A stretch of 64,000 nt of DNA from Chloroflexi bacterium HGW-Chloroflexi-2 (GCA_002840735.1 PHBY01000003.1:186734-250733), one strand, 5' to 3'; positions 9,318 through 19,637 are shown, numbered from the stretch's first letter. Notes: generated from the sequence alone by a model not told the origin. Program-made: numbers and translations.

Positions 9318-10166
9318 ATGTATTCTTCATTAGAAATTCGACCGGCGACTGAAAGAGATCACGCAAAGTTAAATTTCTTTTTAAGTTATGAATTTTTTAT
9401 TCATCAACATTTGGATTGGCAGCCTGTTCTTGATTGGTTAGGGTTCCAACCTTTTTATCTTGCTTTTCATGATGGTGATATCATTGCATGTTTAGCTGCG
9501 CCAAGCGATGTAAGTGAAGTCGCCTGGGTGCGATTATTTGCCTGTTCATCATTATATTCACGAGCAGACATCTGGAATCTGCTTTTTGACCAGATTATCA
9601 AATCATACCAGGGAAAAGTTTCAACAATTGCTGTACTTGGCATTCATCAATGGTTCGTAGATTTATTATTGAAACAATCCTTTGAAGTTCACCAAAATAT
9701 AATTGTGTTTGAGTGGTTTGATCAAATTTTTTCTCAGCCACAACCATTTCAAGATTTAATGATACGACCTGCAGCGTTTGAGGACCTGAGTGAAGTTGCT
9801 AAACTGGATGGTCGTTGCTTTGCTCCAATCTGGCAATTGCCTGAACAATCCTTGAAAAAGGCTTATCCACAGGCCGGATATACAACCGTGGCAGTTCATG
9901 AGGGAAGAATCATTGGCTATCAAATGAGTACGGAATCCTATTCTTCCGCGCATTTGGCCCGTCTGGCAGTTGATCCGGATTTTCAGGGAAATAATATTGG
10001 AAAAATTTTACTGGTTGATTTATTTACCCATTATGAAACCACTGGGATTCATAAAATTACTGTGAACACACAGGATGATAATTTTTCTTCGAAGGCATTA
10101 TATTCTCGTATGGGTTTTATTCAAACTGAAGAAAAATATCCGGTTTTGATTCGAAGAATATCGTAA
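9318..10166 (+). CDS. GNAT-family N-acetyltransferase (tandem GNAT-like fold, RimI-like C-terminal half)
   Basis: The C-terminal half has the acetyl-CoA motif LAVDPDFQGNNIGKILL and YSRMGF. Confidence 0.7.
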   Translation: MYSSLEIRPATERDHAKLNFFLSYEFFIHQHLDWQPVLDWLGFQPFYLAFHDGDIIACLAAPSDVSEVAWVRLFACSSLYSRADIWNLLFDQIIKSYQGKVSTIAVLGIHQWFVDLLLKQSFEVHQNIIVFEWFDQIFSQPQPFQDLMIRPAAFEDLSEVAKLDGRCFAPIWQLPEQSLKKAYPQAGYTTVAVHEGRIIGYQMSTESYSSAHLARLAVDPDFQGNNIGKILLVDLFTHYETTGIHKITVNTQDDNFSSKALYSRMGFIQTEEKYPVLIRRIS

Positions 10167-10193
10167 ATTCGCGGTCAAACTTTACATTACGGG

Positions 10194-10221
10194 TTGACTT
10201 TGCCTTATTTGCGTTTAAAAT
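10194..10221 (+). promoter_or_regulatory. Candidate sigma-70 promoter for the DsbA-like gene
   Basis: TTGACT, a 16-nt spacer, then TAAAAT, about 30 nt upstream of the GGAGG RBS and the ATG at 10250. Confidence 0.35.
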
Positions 10222-10249
10222 TCCAATTACTATTTATGGAGGATTATTA

Positions 10250-10930
10250 ATGGGTAAAAGACAGGAAATCAGGAACAAGAGAATTAAAAAAGCACAAAGT
10301 CAACGACGCATCGTATTAATCAGTGTAATTGCCATATCTCTTCTCATTTCAGCATTTGTAATTTATCAGTCTCAGAAACCCGTCGGGGACATTAAGACCA
10401 TTGAAGAGAAGACGCGTCCACAAACAGATGGACTAACTATGGGTAACCCCGATGCAACTATCGTAGTTGAAGAATTTTCAGATTTTCAATGTGTTGCCTG
10501 TTATCGCTTCTGGCAGAATTTTGAAGAAGATTTTATTAATCGCTATGTGGCAACCGGTGATGTATTATTCAAGTATGTGCCTTTTAGTTTCCTTGGCAAT
10601 GAATCGATCCAGGCAGCGGAAGCAGCATATTGTGCAGAAGAAGAGGGAAGATTCTGGGATTATCATGATACGTTGTTTCTGAATTGGAATGGTGAAAACG
10701 CAGGGAACTTCAGTGATAAACGTTTAGTTGCTTTTGCCGGTTCGTTGGGATTGGATGAGAACAATTTCAGATCCTGTCTGAACAGTAATCGTTATAACAG
10801 TGATGTTCAGGAGGGCCTACGCTACGGGCGAATTTCAGGAGTCAACGCCACCCCAACTTTTCTGGTCAATGGAACACTGGTTTATAGTGATGCTTTGTTT
10901 TCAACAATTGACGAGTTATTAGGAAAATAG
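10250..10930 (+). CDS. Membrane-anchored DsbA-family thiol:disulfide oxidoreductase
   Basis: N-terminal TM helix (IVLISVIAISLLISAFVIY) and a thioredoxin-fold CxxC active site (FQCVACYRFW). Confidence 0.8.
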   Translation: MGKRQEIRNKRIKKAQSQRRIVLISVIAISLLISAFVIYQSQKPVGDIKTIEEKTRPQTDGLTMGNPDATIVVEEFSDFQCVACYRFWQNFEEDFINRYVATGDVLFKYVPFSFLGNESIQAAEAAYCAEEEGRFWDYHDTLFLNWNGENAGNFSDKRLVAFAGSLGLDENNFRSCLNSNRYNSDVQEGLRYGRISGVNATPTFLVNGTLVYSDALFSTIDELLGK

Positions 10931-10941
10931 AAAATCTATTA

Positions 10942-10978
10942 AAATCAGGTCGGAAAAAAGACTCCGATCTGATTTTTT
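10942..10978. terminator. Bidirectional rho-independent terminator between convergent genes
   Basis: A 13-bp stem AAATCAGGTCGGA / TCCGATCTGATTT (one G-U pair), flanked by an A-run on the left and a T-run on the right. Confidence 0.6.
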
Positions 10979-10980
10979 AA

Positions 10981-11694
10981 TTAATAAATTCCAAATAAAT
11001 TAAAAATCCAGATAACCAGTGGTAAAACGATAAAACCAGGCAGGAAATTAGCAACTCTGATTTTTTTAACTTCTAGCAAACTGCTAACAGCAATCCCTAT
11101 CAACATGATTCCCCCAATAGCGCTGAATTCAGCCAATACCTGATCAGACATGATGAATTGTAGTTGAGTTGCCAATAGTGAAAGTCCACCCTGATAAACG
11201 AGGATTACAAGACTGGAAAATAGTACCCCGATTCCGAGACTGGATGCAAATGCAATCGCCGCAAACCCATCCATTATTGCTTTTATCACCAGCGTATTAT
11301 AATCACCGGTCAGACCATCCTGGATAGAACCCAGAATTGCCATTGGTCCAATCGAAAAGAGTAATGACGCCGACAGGAATCCGCGGATGAATTTTGCACT
11401 CTCAATTCCTTTGTTCCTGTTAAACTTTCTTTCGAGAAATACACCCAGGTGAGATAAAGCATCCTCGATTCGCCACCACTCACCTAGTAAAACCCCAATC
11501 AACATACTGATTAATACGACCAGTGCATTTCCAGTTTGCATGAACAATCGGATGCCATACGCGAATGTAAATAAGCCTAAGGCCATCATTACGGTATAAC
11601 GGACTTTTTCCGGTAAGCGATTTCCTAATAATAAACCAAAAAATCCCCCCAGCAGAATTGTAGCGACGTTGATAATTGTTCCGGTTAAATGCAT
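10981..11694 (-). CDS. DUF554-family integral membrane protein
   Basis: N-terminal GTIINVATILLGGFFGLLLGNRLPE pattern and a polytopic membrane profile typical of DUF554. The ATG overlaps the upstream stop (TGATG). Confidence 0.7.
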   Translation of the reverse strand: MHLTGTIINVATILLGGFFGLLLGNRLPEKVRYTVMMALGLFTFAYGIRLFMQTGNALVVLISMLIGVLLGEWWRIEDALSHLGVFLERKFNRNKGIESAKFIRGFLSASLLFSIGPMAILGSIQDGLTGDYNTLVIKAIMDGFAAIAFASSLGIGVLFSSLVILVYQGGLSLLATQLQFIMSDQVLAEFSAIGGIMLIGIAVSSLLEVKKIRVANFLPGFIVLPLVIWIFNLFGIY

Positions 11695-12236
11695 CACTTC
11701 ACCAATGTTTGGTCACCTTTGCCAACGATAAAGTTTTCGTATAATTCTAAAATAAACAACAATGAGGATAATCGATTAAGAAATCGTAATAACTCCTGAT
11801 TCTCAACAAAACCAAGATCCAGAAGCTCTGCCAATCGTCGCTCAGCTCTGCGGACAATCGTCCTGGATAATGCTAAGAAAGCGCCACCTTTTGTATCGCC
11901 TGGAACGATAAATTCAGAAGGAATGGTTGTCTTTTGGCTTATATTTTCAATGGTCATTTCTATCCAGGTAACACTTTCCTGATTGATCGCACGGAAATTT
12001 TCCGCTACTTCTTTTTCTGAAGCTACTTCTCCCATAACAAGATAGAGTTGTTTTTGAACCTTTAAAATAATTTCCTGGATCTCTATCGAACAAACAAAAG
12101 CTCTACATAAACCTAAAGCTGCACTGGCTTCATCCAGACTCCCAATCGTTTCCATGCGGGGATCATATTTCTTTACGCGGTCTTTCCCTAACAATCCGGT
12201 CGTACCATCATCACCAGTTTTCGTATAAAAGGTCAT
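11694..12236 (-). CDS. ATP:cob(I)alamin adenosyltransferase, PduO type
   Basis: N-terminus MTFYTKTGDDGTTGLLG is the hallmark PduO-type motif. Start chosen at the internal ATG that overlaps the upstream stop (ATGA). Confidence 0.85.
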   Translation of the reverse strand: MTFYTKTGDDGTTGLLGKDRVKKYDPRMETIGSLDEASAALGLCRAFVCSIEIQEIILKVQKQLYLVMGEVASEKEVAENFRAINQESVTWIEMTIENISQKTTIPSEFIVPGDTKGGAFLALSRTIVRRAERRLAELLDLGFVENQELLRFLNRLSSLLFILELYENFIVGKGDQTLVK

Positions 12237-12811
12237 TTTTTCTCTCCTGGTTGTAGAAATTTCCTGTACATATACCAATATTTCTCCGGTGGAAAGATCT
12301 CCGATAATTCACTATCCCAAATAAAACCATCCTCCAACGTTGCATATTTGTACTTTTGATCCAGAATGGTTATTTGTTGAAAGAAATTTTCTCTCTCCAA
12401 TTCATCTATTTCATCAATCAACAAACCGATCATCAATCTGATCTGAAGTTGGTTATTCATTTGAGGTTGAGAAAATTCCGAATCTGACCGCAAATCCTGT
12501 ATAAATTGGTTCCACTGACGGATTCTTACTGGTAATTCTTCAGAAACTTTTTTTTGCCAGTTAGCCAACCATTTGGTTTTTAAAGCTAAAAATTGATTCA
12601 AAATGGAATCATTATCCAAATAATTTAGATTGTGGAGCATAAAAGAAGAGATCAATAATCTACCTGCACTGATTCTAACTCGACGTTCTGAAGGTGAGAA
12701 TTTTTCATTGGAAAGATTAAGTTGCCAATAAATCTCGTTTGAAAAAAGAAATGATTCCCATTCTGAAGTAATTTCTTTTAATATTTCCTCTTCAAATTCA
12801 ATTTTCCACAT
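12233..12811 (-). CDS. Hypothetical protein (about 192 aa)
   Basis: ORF translationally coupled on both sides (TGATG with the SBP gene, ATGA with the PduO gene). GGAG lies upstream of the ATG. No recognisable motif. Confidence 0.5.
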   Translation of the reverse strand: MWKIEFEEEILKEITSEWESFLFSNEIYWQLNLSNEKFSPSERRVRISAGRLLISSFMLHNLNYLDNDSILNQFLALKTKWLANWQKKVSEELPVRIRQWNQFIQDLRSDSEFSQPQMNNQLQIRLMIGLLIDEIDELERENFFQQITILDQKYKYATLEDGFIWDSELSEIFPPEKYWYMYRKFLQPGEKK

Positions 12812-14550
12812 CACTCTTCTCCACTTGAACTTTCGAGTGAAGGTGTAGTTATAGTCTCAGGTTTTGGTCCGATAATATACCAATTCTTTACTGTCTGAAA
12901 ACGATCACTGGTATCAAACAGCGGTCCAACCGTTACGCCTTGAACCTGTTTTGAAATTGCAAAATTATAAACAGGATAAAAAAGCGGGAGTGCAGGGAGT
13001 TCTTCTTCAAACACAACCTGGAAATTGCGATAAAACAATGATCTATCAATCAGGTTCGTTGTTATCCTGGCCTGTTCAAGATAATCACTGGCAACAAAAT
13101 TGTCCCATTGAGAATAATTCTGTCCACCGGTTGCCTGTACCTGGTCCCAAAATGGATAGGGATCAGGGTCTGGAGTCCAGGATAAATCCAGGTCCACTAA
13201 GACCGCCTGGTATGAACGCGGATTGAGATGGGAATTGATTAATTCAGAATAAGATACACCGCGAATATTTACAGAGATGTTTAATGCTTCCCAGTTTTGT
13301 TGAATCATCTCCGCTAATTGACGATGAGTTTCATTATCAGGATACAGTAGTTCAAATCTAAACTCCACTCCCTCTTTGGCCCGAATTGTCGTGTTCTCGC
13401 CTCCCAGAACATACCCGGCATCTTTAATTAATTGTGTGGCTAGATTTGGATCGTATGCTACCGACTTAATACCATCATAGTATGCCCAGGTGCCTGGTAG
13501 GATGGGGCCATTCGCAATAATTGCCTGGCTGTTAAAGATTTTATCAACCATTTTTTGACGATTTAAACCGGATAATAATGCTTTTCTCACATTAACATCC
13601 TGGAAGAAAGGTACTTCTTGATTTTTAAGATTGAAGAATATCAGCGTTAATCGAGGTTCCCGTGCAGTATATAAGGCTAAATTAGGATCGATTAATGTTT
13701 CTCCTAAAATTGAAGAGTCAACTTTGCTAATCCCCAGCACCAATCCATCCTGAAAAGCTTTTAATGCATCTGAGGAATTATCATAATATCGAAACACCAT
13801 TTGTTCGATAAGTGGTGGATTCTCAAAATAATCCTTATTAGCTCGAAGAATAACCCCTTTTATCTGATTATTTTCAGTAATTAATGCATCAAAAGCGTAA
13901 GGACCACTTCCTACGGGTTGAAAGTTAAACCCAGAATCAATCATTTGTTCAAAACTCAGATTACCTAATAAGTGCTCAGGAAGGATTCCGAAGGATAGAT
14001 AATCCAGGAAAGGAGCAAATGGTTCTTCCAGGCGGAATTGAATCGTAGTTTCACTTAATGTTTTGACATCCACTTCCGTCCAGAATGATCGAATATCATC
14101 CGGTACTACACCTTCACCATCTCTGATCATATTGATTGTAAATAAAATATCATTCGTGGTCAGTGTTTTACCGTCATGCCATTTTACATCTGGACGAAGG
14201 GTGATATTGTAAATTGTCCCATCTTGAGAAATACCATAAGTTTCAACCAACTCTAATTTTGGTATACCTCGTTCTTCAAAAGTAATCATCCTGCTGAATA
14301 ACAATCTATTTAACTCACGATCAGCAGCATTGTAATAGTCCAACACAGGATTTAATCTTTGAAATTTTCCAACCAATGCCTCAGTATACACCCCCCCCTG
14401 CTGTGGTTCAGGAACATCCACAGTTGACGAAGCATCCGGTTTTTCGTTGATTAATAAAATTCCAACAACCAGACCAGTCAAGAAAATGATAAGTAATTGC
14501 CAACGTAATTTTTTCATAAGGTTTGTCGTTAAAGAAAATAGGGCGACCAT
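12811..14550 (-). CDS. ABC-transporter substrate-binding protein, family 5 (peptide/nickel type), TM-anchored
   Basis: Length, an N-terminal hydrophobic anchor and family-5 SBP-like blocks (DVKWHDGKTLTTNDILFT, GSGPY). No permease or ATPase genes are adjacent. Confidence 0.75.
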   Translation of the reverse strand: MVALFSLTTNLMKKLRWQLLIIFLTGLVVGILLINEKPDASSTVDVPEPQQGGVYTEALVGKFQRLNPVLDYYNAADRELNRLLFSRMITFEERGIPKLELVETYGISQDGTIYNITLRPDVKWHDGKTLTTNDILFTINMIRDGEGVVPDDIRSFWTEVDVKTLSETTIQFRLEEPFAPFLDYLSFGILPEHLLGNLSFEQMIDSGFNFQPVGSGPYAFDALITENNQIKGVILRANKDYFENPPLIEQMVFRYYDNSSDALKAFQDGLVLGISKVDSSILGETLIDPNLALYTAREPRLTLIFFNLKNQEVPFFQDVNVRKALLSGLNRQKMVDKIFNSQAIIANGPILPGTWAYYDGIKSVAYDPNLATQLIKDAGYVLGGENTTIRAKEGVEFRFELLYPDNETHRQLAEMIQQNWEALNISVNIRGVSYSELINSHLNPRSYQAVLVDLDLSWTPDPDPYPFWDQVQATGGQNYSQWDNFVASDYLEQARITTNLIDRSLFYRNFQVVFEEELPALPLFYPVYNFAISKQVQGVTVGPLFDTSDRFQTVKNWYIIGPKPETITTPSLESSSGEE

Positions 14551-14615
14551 CTTTTCAGTTTTGAATCGCCCAGGATGGTTCTATGAACTTGGTACATCAG
14601 TAAGGTGTATATATC

Positions 14616-14843
14616 CTAATTTCTTATAATCACTGCTGCAATTGTTAAAATAAAGAATAATACACTTAATCCAATGGTAATGTAGAATAGGGTTTTTTCA
14701 ATCCCACGACGAGCCGTAAAGACACCTGAATCGCCACCGGTTAAACCACCCAGACCTACACCCTTATTTTGCATAATTACACTGATAATCAGTGCAACAG
14801 AAGTTATAATCAAAGCCACATCTATGTATAAAACCACGCTCAT
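14616..14843 (-). CDS. secG: Preprotein translocase subunit SecG
   Basis: 75 aa with two TM helices and a central Gly-rich loop QNKGVGLGGLTGG, typical of SecG. Confidence 0.75.
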   Translation of the reverse strand: MSVVLYIDVALIITSVALIISVIMQNKGVGLGGLTGGDSGVFTARRGIEKTLFYITIGLSVLFFILTIAAVIIRN

Positions 14844-14921
14844 CCTCCAATCAAGAATTCAGGATTACCCTGAGAAATAACAGACCAAATTATAACGTTT
14901 ATAAGGGAAAATAGTCAACCT

Positions 14922-15995
14922 GTGGAAGAATTAGTCATTAACCTTCATATTCATAGTGTATATTCTGATGGTAGCTATACCCATCAACAAATTGCTGAAG
15001 CTGGGATCATCTCTGGATTGGATGGATTGATCATCACAGACCATAATGTTTTGGTTCATCACATGGATGGTTACTATCAAAAAAACGGGAAGAAAATTCT
15101 CGTGATCGTCGGTGAGGAAATCCATAATAAAGTCCTTACAACTCAAGAGAACCATCTTATCACCTTCGGACAATCCAAAGAGCTTTGTAATTATGCTGAG
15201 AATCCTCAACAATTAATCCATCAGGTGAAGAAAAACGGAGGTTTATCTTTTCTTGCCCATCCATTTGAGGAACCCCTCCCACAAGTAAATGAAACAGCTA
15301 TTACCTGGGAAGATTGGAATGTTGATGGATATACCGGTATTGAAGTCTGGAATCACCTCAGTGAATTGAAAAACGAATCCAAAAGTTGGTTACAGCTTCT
15401 GGCAAATGTGTTTTTCCCCAACAGATATGGGTATGGACCGCATCCATTATCAATGAAAAAATGGGATGAATTAATATTATCCGGGAAAAAATTGACAGCC
15501 GTTGGCGGTTCTGATGCCCATCGCTTAGTTATGAAAAAAGCTTTTTTTACACGCTTAATATTCCCATATCAGTTCCATTTCAAATGTGTTAATAACCACA
15601 TCCTAATTCCACAGCCATTGACCGGGGATTATCTCATCGATCGGAAAATAATCATTGATGCATTTCAACAAGGAAAATCATTTATTGGATATGATCTACC
15701 GGCTTCAACCAAAGGATTTCGTTTCTATGCCCAGGGCAAAAGAAACACAGCTATCATGGGAGAAGAAATCGAATTGGATTCATCGGTTACATTTCAAATA
15801 AAGCTTCCTGAAGTTTCAGAATGCCGATTAATTCATAATGGAAAAGTCATAAAAATTTGGAATGATCAGGAAATCTGTACTTATATTACCAAATCTCCTG
15901 GGATTTATCGGGTTGAATGTTACATTCAATTCTTAGGCAAACAGCGCGGTTGGATATTCAGCAATCCAATCTATGTTCTGGATAAGAGGAGATAA
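14922..15995 (+). CDS. PHP-domain metallohydrolase (CehA/McbA-like)
   Basis: GTG start. The N-terminal LHIHSVYSDG PHP motif plus later ITDHN and GGSDAH metal-ligand motifs. Confidence 0.7.
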   Translation: MEELVINLHIHSVYSDGSYTHQQIAEAGIISGLDGLIITDHNVLVHHMDGYYQKNGKKILVIVGEEIHNKVLTTQENHLITFGQSKELCNYAENPQQLIHQVKKNGGLSFLAHPFEEPLPQVNETAITWEDWNVDGYTGIEVWNHLSELKNESKSWLQLLANVFFPNRYGYGPHPLSMKKWDELILSGKKLTAVGGSDAHRLVMKKAFFTRLIFPYQFHFKCVNNHILIPQPLTGDYLIDRKIIIDAFQQGKSFIGYDLPASTKGFRFYAQGKRNTAIMGEEIELDSSVTFQIKLPEVSECRLIHNGKVIKIWNDQEICTYITKSPGIYRVECYIQFLGKQRGWIFSNPIYVLDKRR

Positions 15996-15997
15996 TC

Positions 15998-16486
15998 ATG
16001 ACACAAAACAATGCCACCCGTTTCCTGCAAACCAGAAAAATTCCCTTTGAGGTTTTTGAAATTCCGGGTGGAAAGAGAACTGCTCAGGAAACAGCAAATT
16101 TATTGAATGTTCCCATTGGAAGAGTCTTCAAAACAATCGTTCTTCAACCTCTCGTCCCTGGGAAACCAATTCTCGCTATCGTTCCAGCGGATAAAACAGC
16201 CGACTTAAAATTAATCGCCAAATTTCTAAATGAAAAGAAACTTGCTTTCCCCACGCCACAAGAAGCAGAGAAAATGACTGGTTTACAGACAGGTGGAATT
16301 TCAGCACTGGCATTAATCAATAAAGGTTTCCGAATTTTACTGGACAGTTCCGCCAACGAAATGGAATGGATGCACGTTTCTGGGGGCGAAAGAGGGATTA
16401 ATATAAAACTTCAGGTAAAGGATTTTATAAAAATTACAAATGCCAGAATTGCAGCTATTAGCAAGCCTAAGGATGGAAGAGAATAA
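15998..16486 (+). CDS. ybaK: YbaK/EbsC-type aminoacyl-tRNA deacylase
   Basis: Size and the YbaK pattern (KTIVL, conserved Lys; GGISALAL for the GGxSP-like loop). Confidence 0.75.
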   Translation: MTQNNATRFLQTRKIPFEVFEIPGGKRTAQETANLLNVPIGRVFKTIVLQPLVPGKPILAIVPADKTADLKLIAKFLNEKKLAFPTPQEAEKMTGLQTGGISALALINKGFRILLDSSANEMEWMHVSGGERGINIKLQVKDFIKITNARIAAISKPKDGRE

Positions 16487-16487
16487 A

Positions 16488-17939
16488 CTATCCTTTTACA
16501 ACGGCTAAAGGCACTAATCTGGCTATTTTCCTTGCTAAATCCGCTCCACAGACAGCTTCAATAACCTGATCAACATCTTTGTATGCGCCAGGTGCTTCTT
16601 CAGCTAACCCAGACATGGAACCAGCCTGAATATAGATTCCCTTTTTCTCCAGATCGATTTTAAGTTGGTCTCCCCGAATAGTCTTTTTTGCTTTTTGCCG
16701 GCTCATCAAACGCCCTGCGCCATGACAACTGGACCCAAATGAACGTTCCATACTTGCCTTCGTGCCAGCTAATACCCAGGAGGATGTTCCCATACTCCCA
16801 GGCACCAGTACAGGTTGCCCGGTTTTGGAAAATTCGTCCGGGATACCACTTGAACCTGGTCCAAATGCTCTCGTTGCCCCTTTTCGATGAACACAAACTT
16901 TTCGCAGCTCTCCATCCACCAAATGGTCTTCAATTTTTCCTATATTATGGGCAATATCATACACCTGATAAAGTTGCCAGTTTTTAAATTTTCCAGCCAA
17001 TACCTGTTCGAATGCTTTTCTTGCCAGATGAGCCAATACCTGTCGATTACAAAATGCATAATTTGCTGCTGCGCGCATGGCTGCCAGGTAATCCTGGCCT
17101 TCCTGTGAATTCAATGGTGCGCATACCAATTCCCGATCTGGAATTTTGATCCCATATTTATGAATCGTTTTTTGAAAGGATTGGACAGTATCACTACAAA
17201 CCTGATGTCCAAGACCGCGAGACCCACAATGGATCATAACCGCAATATTTCCTTTTTGTAAACCAAAGATTTCTGCTGTCTCTTCATCAAAAATCTCTTC
17301 TATAAGGTCAATTTCAATAAAATGGTTGCCACTACCGAGGGATCCTAATTGCGGTAACCCCCTTTTTTTTGCTCTTTCACTTAATTTTTTGGCATTCGCA
17401 CCAGGAATACAACCATTTTCCTCTGTTCTGCGCAAGTCCTGTTTCGTGGCATATCCATTTTTCAACGCCCATTGAGAACCATCTTCGCATATTTCATCCA
17501 ACTCTTTCAAACAAAGATGAATTCCCCCTTCAGAACCTACACCACTTGGACAATGATGGTCCAATGCAATAACCAGTGATTGAATTTGATTTTTTACAAC
17601 CTCATATGGTATCTGTGATGCCAGCAAACGGACACCACAATTGATATCATAACCGATACCACCCGGTGAGATGACACCTGTTGAAAAATCGGTAGCTGCA
17701 ACACCTCCGATTGGAAATCCATAACCCTGATGCATATCTGGCATTACAACCACCGAACCAACAACGCCGGGAAGTGTGGCAGCATTGATAGCCTGTTCAA
17801 CGGATAAATCAGATAAACTTTGTTCTAACATTTTTCGGGTGGAAAATATTCTTACCGGCACACGCATATCAGATCGGTAATTACTGGGAATTTTCCACTC
17901 ATAGTCACTTATCTTCTTAAAATCAGTTAACGCAACCAT
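16488..17939 (-). CDS. rtcB: RNA 3'-phosphate ligase RtcB
   Basis: Diagnostic blocks [32 protein letters not shown] and SSCHGAGR. Confidence 0.95.
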   Translation of the reverse strand: MVALTDFKKISDYEWKIPSNYRSDMRVPVRIFSTRKMLEQSLSDLSVEQAINAATLPGVVGSVVVMPDMHQGYGFPIGGVAATDFSTGVISPGGIGYDINCGVRLLASQIPYEVVKNQIQSLVIALDHHCPSGVGSEGGIHLCLKELDEICEDGSQWALKNGYATKQDLRRTEENGCIPGANAKKLSERAKKRGLPQLGSLGSGNHFIEIDLIEEIFDEETAEIFGLQKGNIAVMIHCGSRGLGHQVCSDTVQSFQKTIHKYGIKIPDRELVCAPLNSQEGQDYLAAMRAAANYAFCNRQVLAHLARKAFEQVLAGKFKNWQLYQVYDIAHNIGKIEDHLVDGELRKVCVHRKGATRAFGPGSSGIPDEFSKTGQPVLVPGSMGTSSWVLAGTKASMERSFGSSCHGAGRLMSRQKAKKTIRGDQLKIDLEKKGIYIQAGSMSGLAEEAPGAYKDVDQVIEAVCGADLARKIARLVPLAVVKG

Positions 17940-17954
17940 ATCGCTTCTCTTCCA

Positions 17955-18374
17955 TCATACATCAAAAACGACAACAACCGAATACCCTTTCTTTGTATGA
18001 TTGATTTTTAGGTTATGGTAGGTAACCGCTTTAATTTCCTTTCGGACACTTTTTATTTTCTTGAGACATAACCTGCCCGAAATCTTTTCTTTTTCTATCA
18101 ATAATTCAGAGATTTTTGCACATAGATTATCTTCTTGAATTTTAAAATTACATTCATTCAATAGCGAAATCAACATACTTTCTAAATCAATATCTTCTAT
18201 GCAAAATTCCTGAAAATTTCCAGGATCAGTATCATCCACTTCAATTTCAATGATGCTGTTCAGACCTTCGACAGCTAATTTGAAAAGATCCTTCAAGGTG
18301 CTTGCCCAAATTCTCAATGAAATATCTGCAGTGTGTTCAATTTCTAAATAACCTTCAGGTTTATCAGGGGTCAT
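17955..18374 (-). CDS. Archease (RtcB activator)
   Basis: 139 aa. N-terminal EIEHTADISLRI (EHTAD motif) and C-terminal KAVTYHNL are typical of archease. It lies directly upstream of rtcB on the same strand. Confidence 0.85.
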   Translation of the reverse strand: MTPDKPEGYLEIEHTADISLRIWASTLKDLFKLAVEGLNSIIEIEVDDTDPGNFQEFCIEDIDLESMLISLLNECNFKIQEDNLCAKISELLIEKEKISGRLCLKKIKSVRKEIKAVTYHNLKINHTKKGYSVVVVFDV

Positions 18375-18408
18375 TGCATGTTTTCTCTTTCGTTTATAAT
18401 TATAAAAT

Positions 18409-19185
18409 ATGAGCTCTATATTTGAAAAAATTGAAAAACAATTACAGAATTTGATAGAGAACAGTGTTCAATTATTTCCCTGGAACTCTCTCCAGAAATC
18501 TGTAGTCATTTCAATCGTTCATGAATTGCGTGATATTTTAATCAAAGCGATTGATAATAACGAAACTATACCCAACATCTATTCAATTTCTGTCCATCCA
18601 GAAGTCTACACAAATCTCAATTCAGATCACCATTGGATACAGGAAATCCAAAAAACGTTAACCGAAAGCGCTGAGGAGTATACCTCCCATTTCATTGGAG
18701 AAATCAGCGTCGAATTTTTTGCCGATCCTGAAATCCTCGCAATAAGTGAATACAGGATTAATTCTTATTCAGTGATAAATGAAATAGAGAAAACAGCGGT
18801 TTTAAATACAAATTTAAATGTTCGCGAAAATAAAAAATTTAGATCCGATGCTTATCTTTTATTGCCAAATAAAGATATTTTCCCACTAACGATTGCAATT
18901 ACACAAATTGGTAGAAAAAATGACAACCATTTGATTATTGATGACCCCACCATTAGCAGGAATCACGCACAAATTCGGAATATCAATGGAAACTTTGTGA
19001 TTTTTGATTTAAATTCAACTTCCGGGACATTTGTAAATGGCATTAGAATAAAACAAGCGTTACTTCGTGGTGGTGATGTGATTTCTATTGCTAATTATCC
19101 ATTAGTTTATGGAGAAGAGGACGATTCGAATGATTTTGACCAAGGCTCCACAACAGAAATTCCAAGAATTGTAGATTCAAAATGA
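18409..19185 (+). CDS. FhaA-like protein (DUF3662-like N-terminus plus C-terminal FHA domain)
   Basis: The N-terminus MSSIFEKIEKQLQNLIENS resembles the FhaA N-domain. The C-terminal FHA core is IGRKNDNHLIIDDPTISRNHAQI ... DLNSTSGTFVNG. Confidence 0.7.
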   Translation: MSSIFEKIEKQLQNLIENSVQLFPWNSLQKSVVISIVHELRDILIKAIDNNETIPNIYSISVHPEVYTNLNSDHHWIQEIQKTLTESAEEYTSHFIGEISVEFFADPEILAISEYRINSYSVINEIEKTAVLNTNLNVRENKKFRSDAYLLLPNKDIFPLTIAITQIGRKNDNHLIIDDPTISRNHAQIRNINGNFVIFDLNSTSGTFVNGIRIKQALLRGGDVISIANYPLVYGEEDDSNDFDQGSTTEIPRIVDSK

Positions 19186-19613
19186 CAGCTATAGTTGTAC
19201 TCATCTTACGAATCATACTCGCAATCCTTTTATTGGGGTTTGTTGGATTATTGTTTTTGACGACCTGGCGTCAATTAAATACGCAGATCAAGCTTCTTTC
19301 TCCGGATTTATCGTCCAATATTCGCATTTCATTTAAAGAGAATCCTGAACAGGAAGCCTTTGTAATCAAACAAACGGATGTGCTTCTGGGTCGTGATCCG
19401 AATTGTAAGATCCATATTCCAGATGAAACTATTTCTGCACAACACGCAAGGCTCTATTTAATTGATCAAAATTGGTGGATACATGATCTGAATTCAACCA
19501 ATGGAACATTTCTAAATGATGAACGTATCGATCAACCGTGTATTTTAGCTGACAATGATATGCTGCAAGTCGGTAATGTAAAATTAATTATTCGCACAAT
19601 TACTTCGCATTAA
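19182..19613 (+). CDS. Membrane-anchored FHA-domain protein (FhaB/FipA-like)
   Basis: N-terminal TM helix, then FHA core LGRDPNCKIHIPDETISAQHARL ... DLNSTNGTFLND. It overlaps the upstream gene by 4 nt (ATGA). Confidence 0.75.
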   Translation: MTAIVVLILRIILAILLLGFVGLLFLTTWRQLNTQIKLLSPDLSSNIRISFKENPEQEAFVIKQTDVLLGRDPNCKIHIPDETISAQHARLYLIDQNWWIHDLNSTNGTFLNDERIDQPCILADNDMLQVGNVKLIIRTITSH

Positions 19614-19637
19614 TAAAAATTCTCGAAGGAGGTACCT

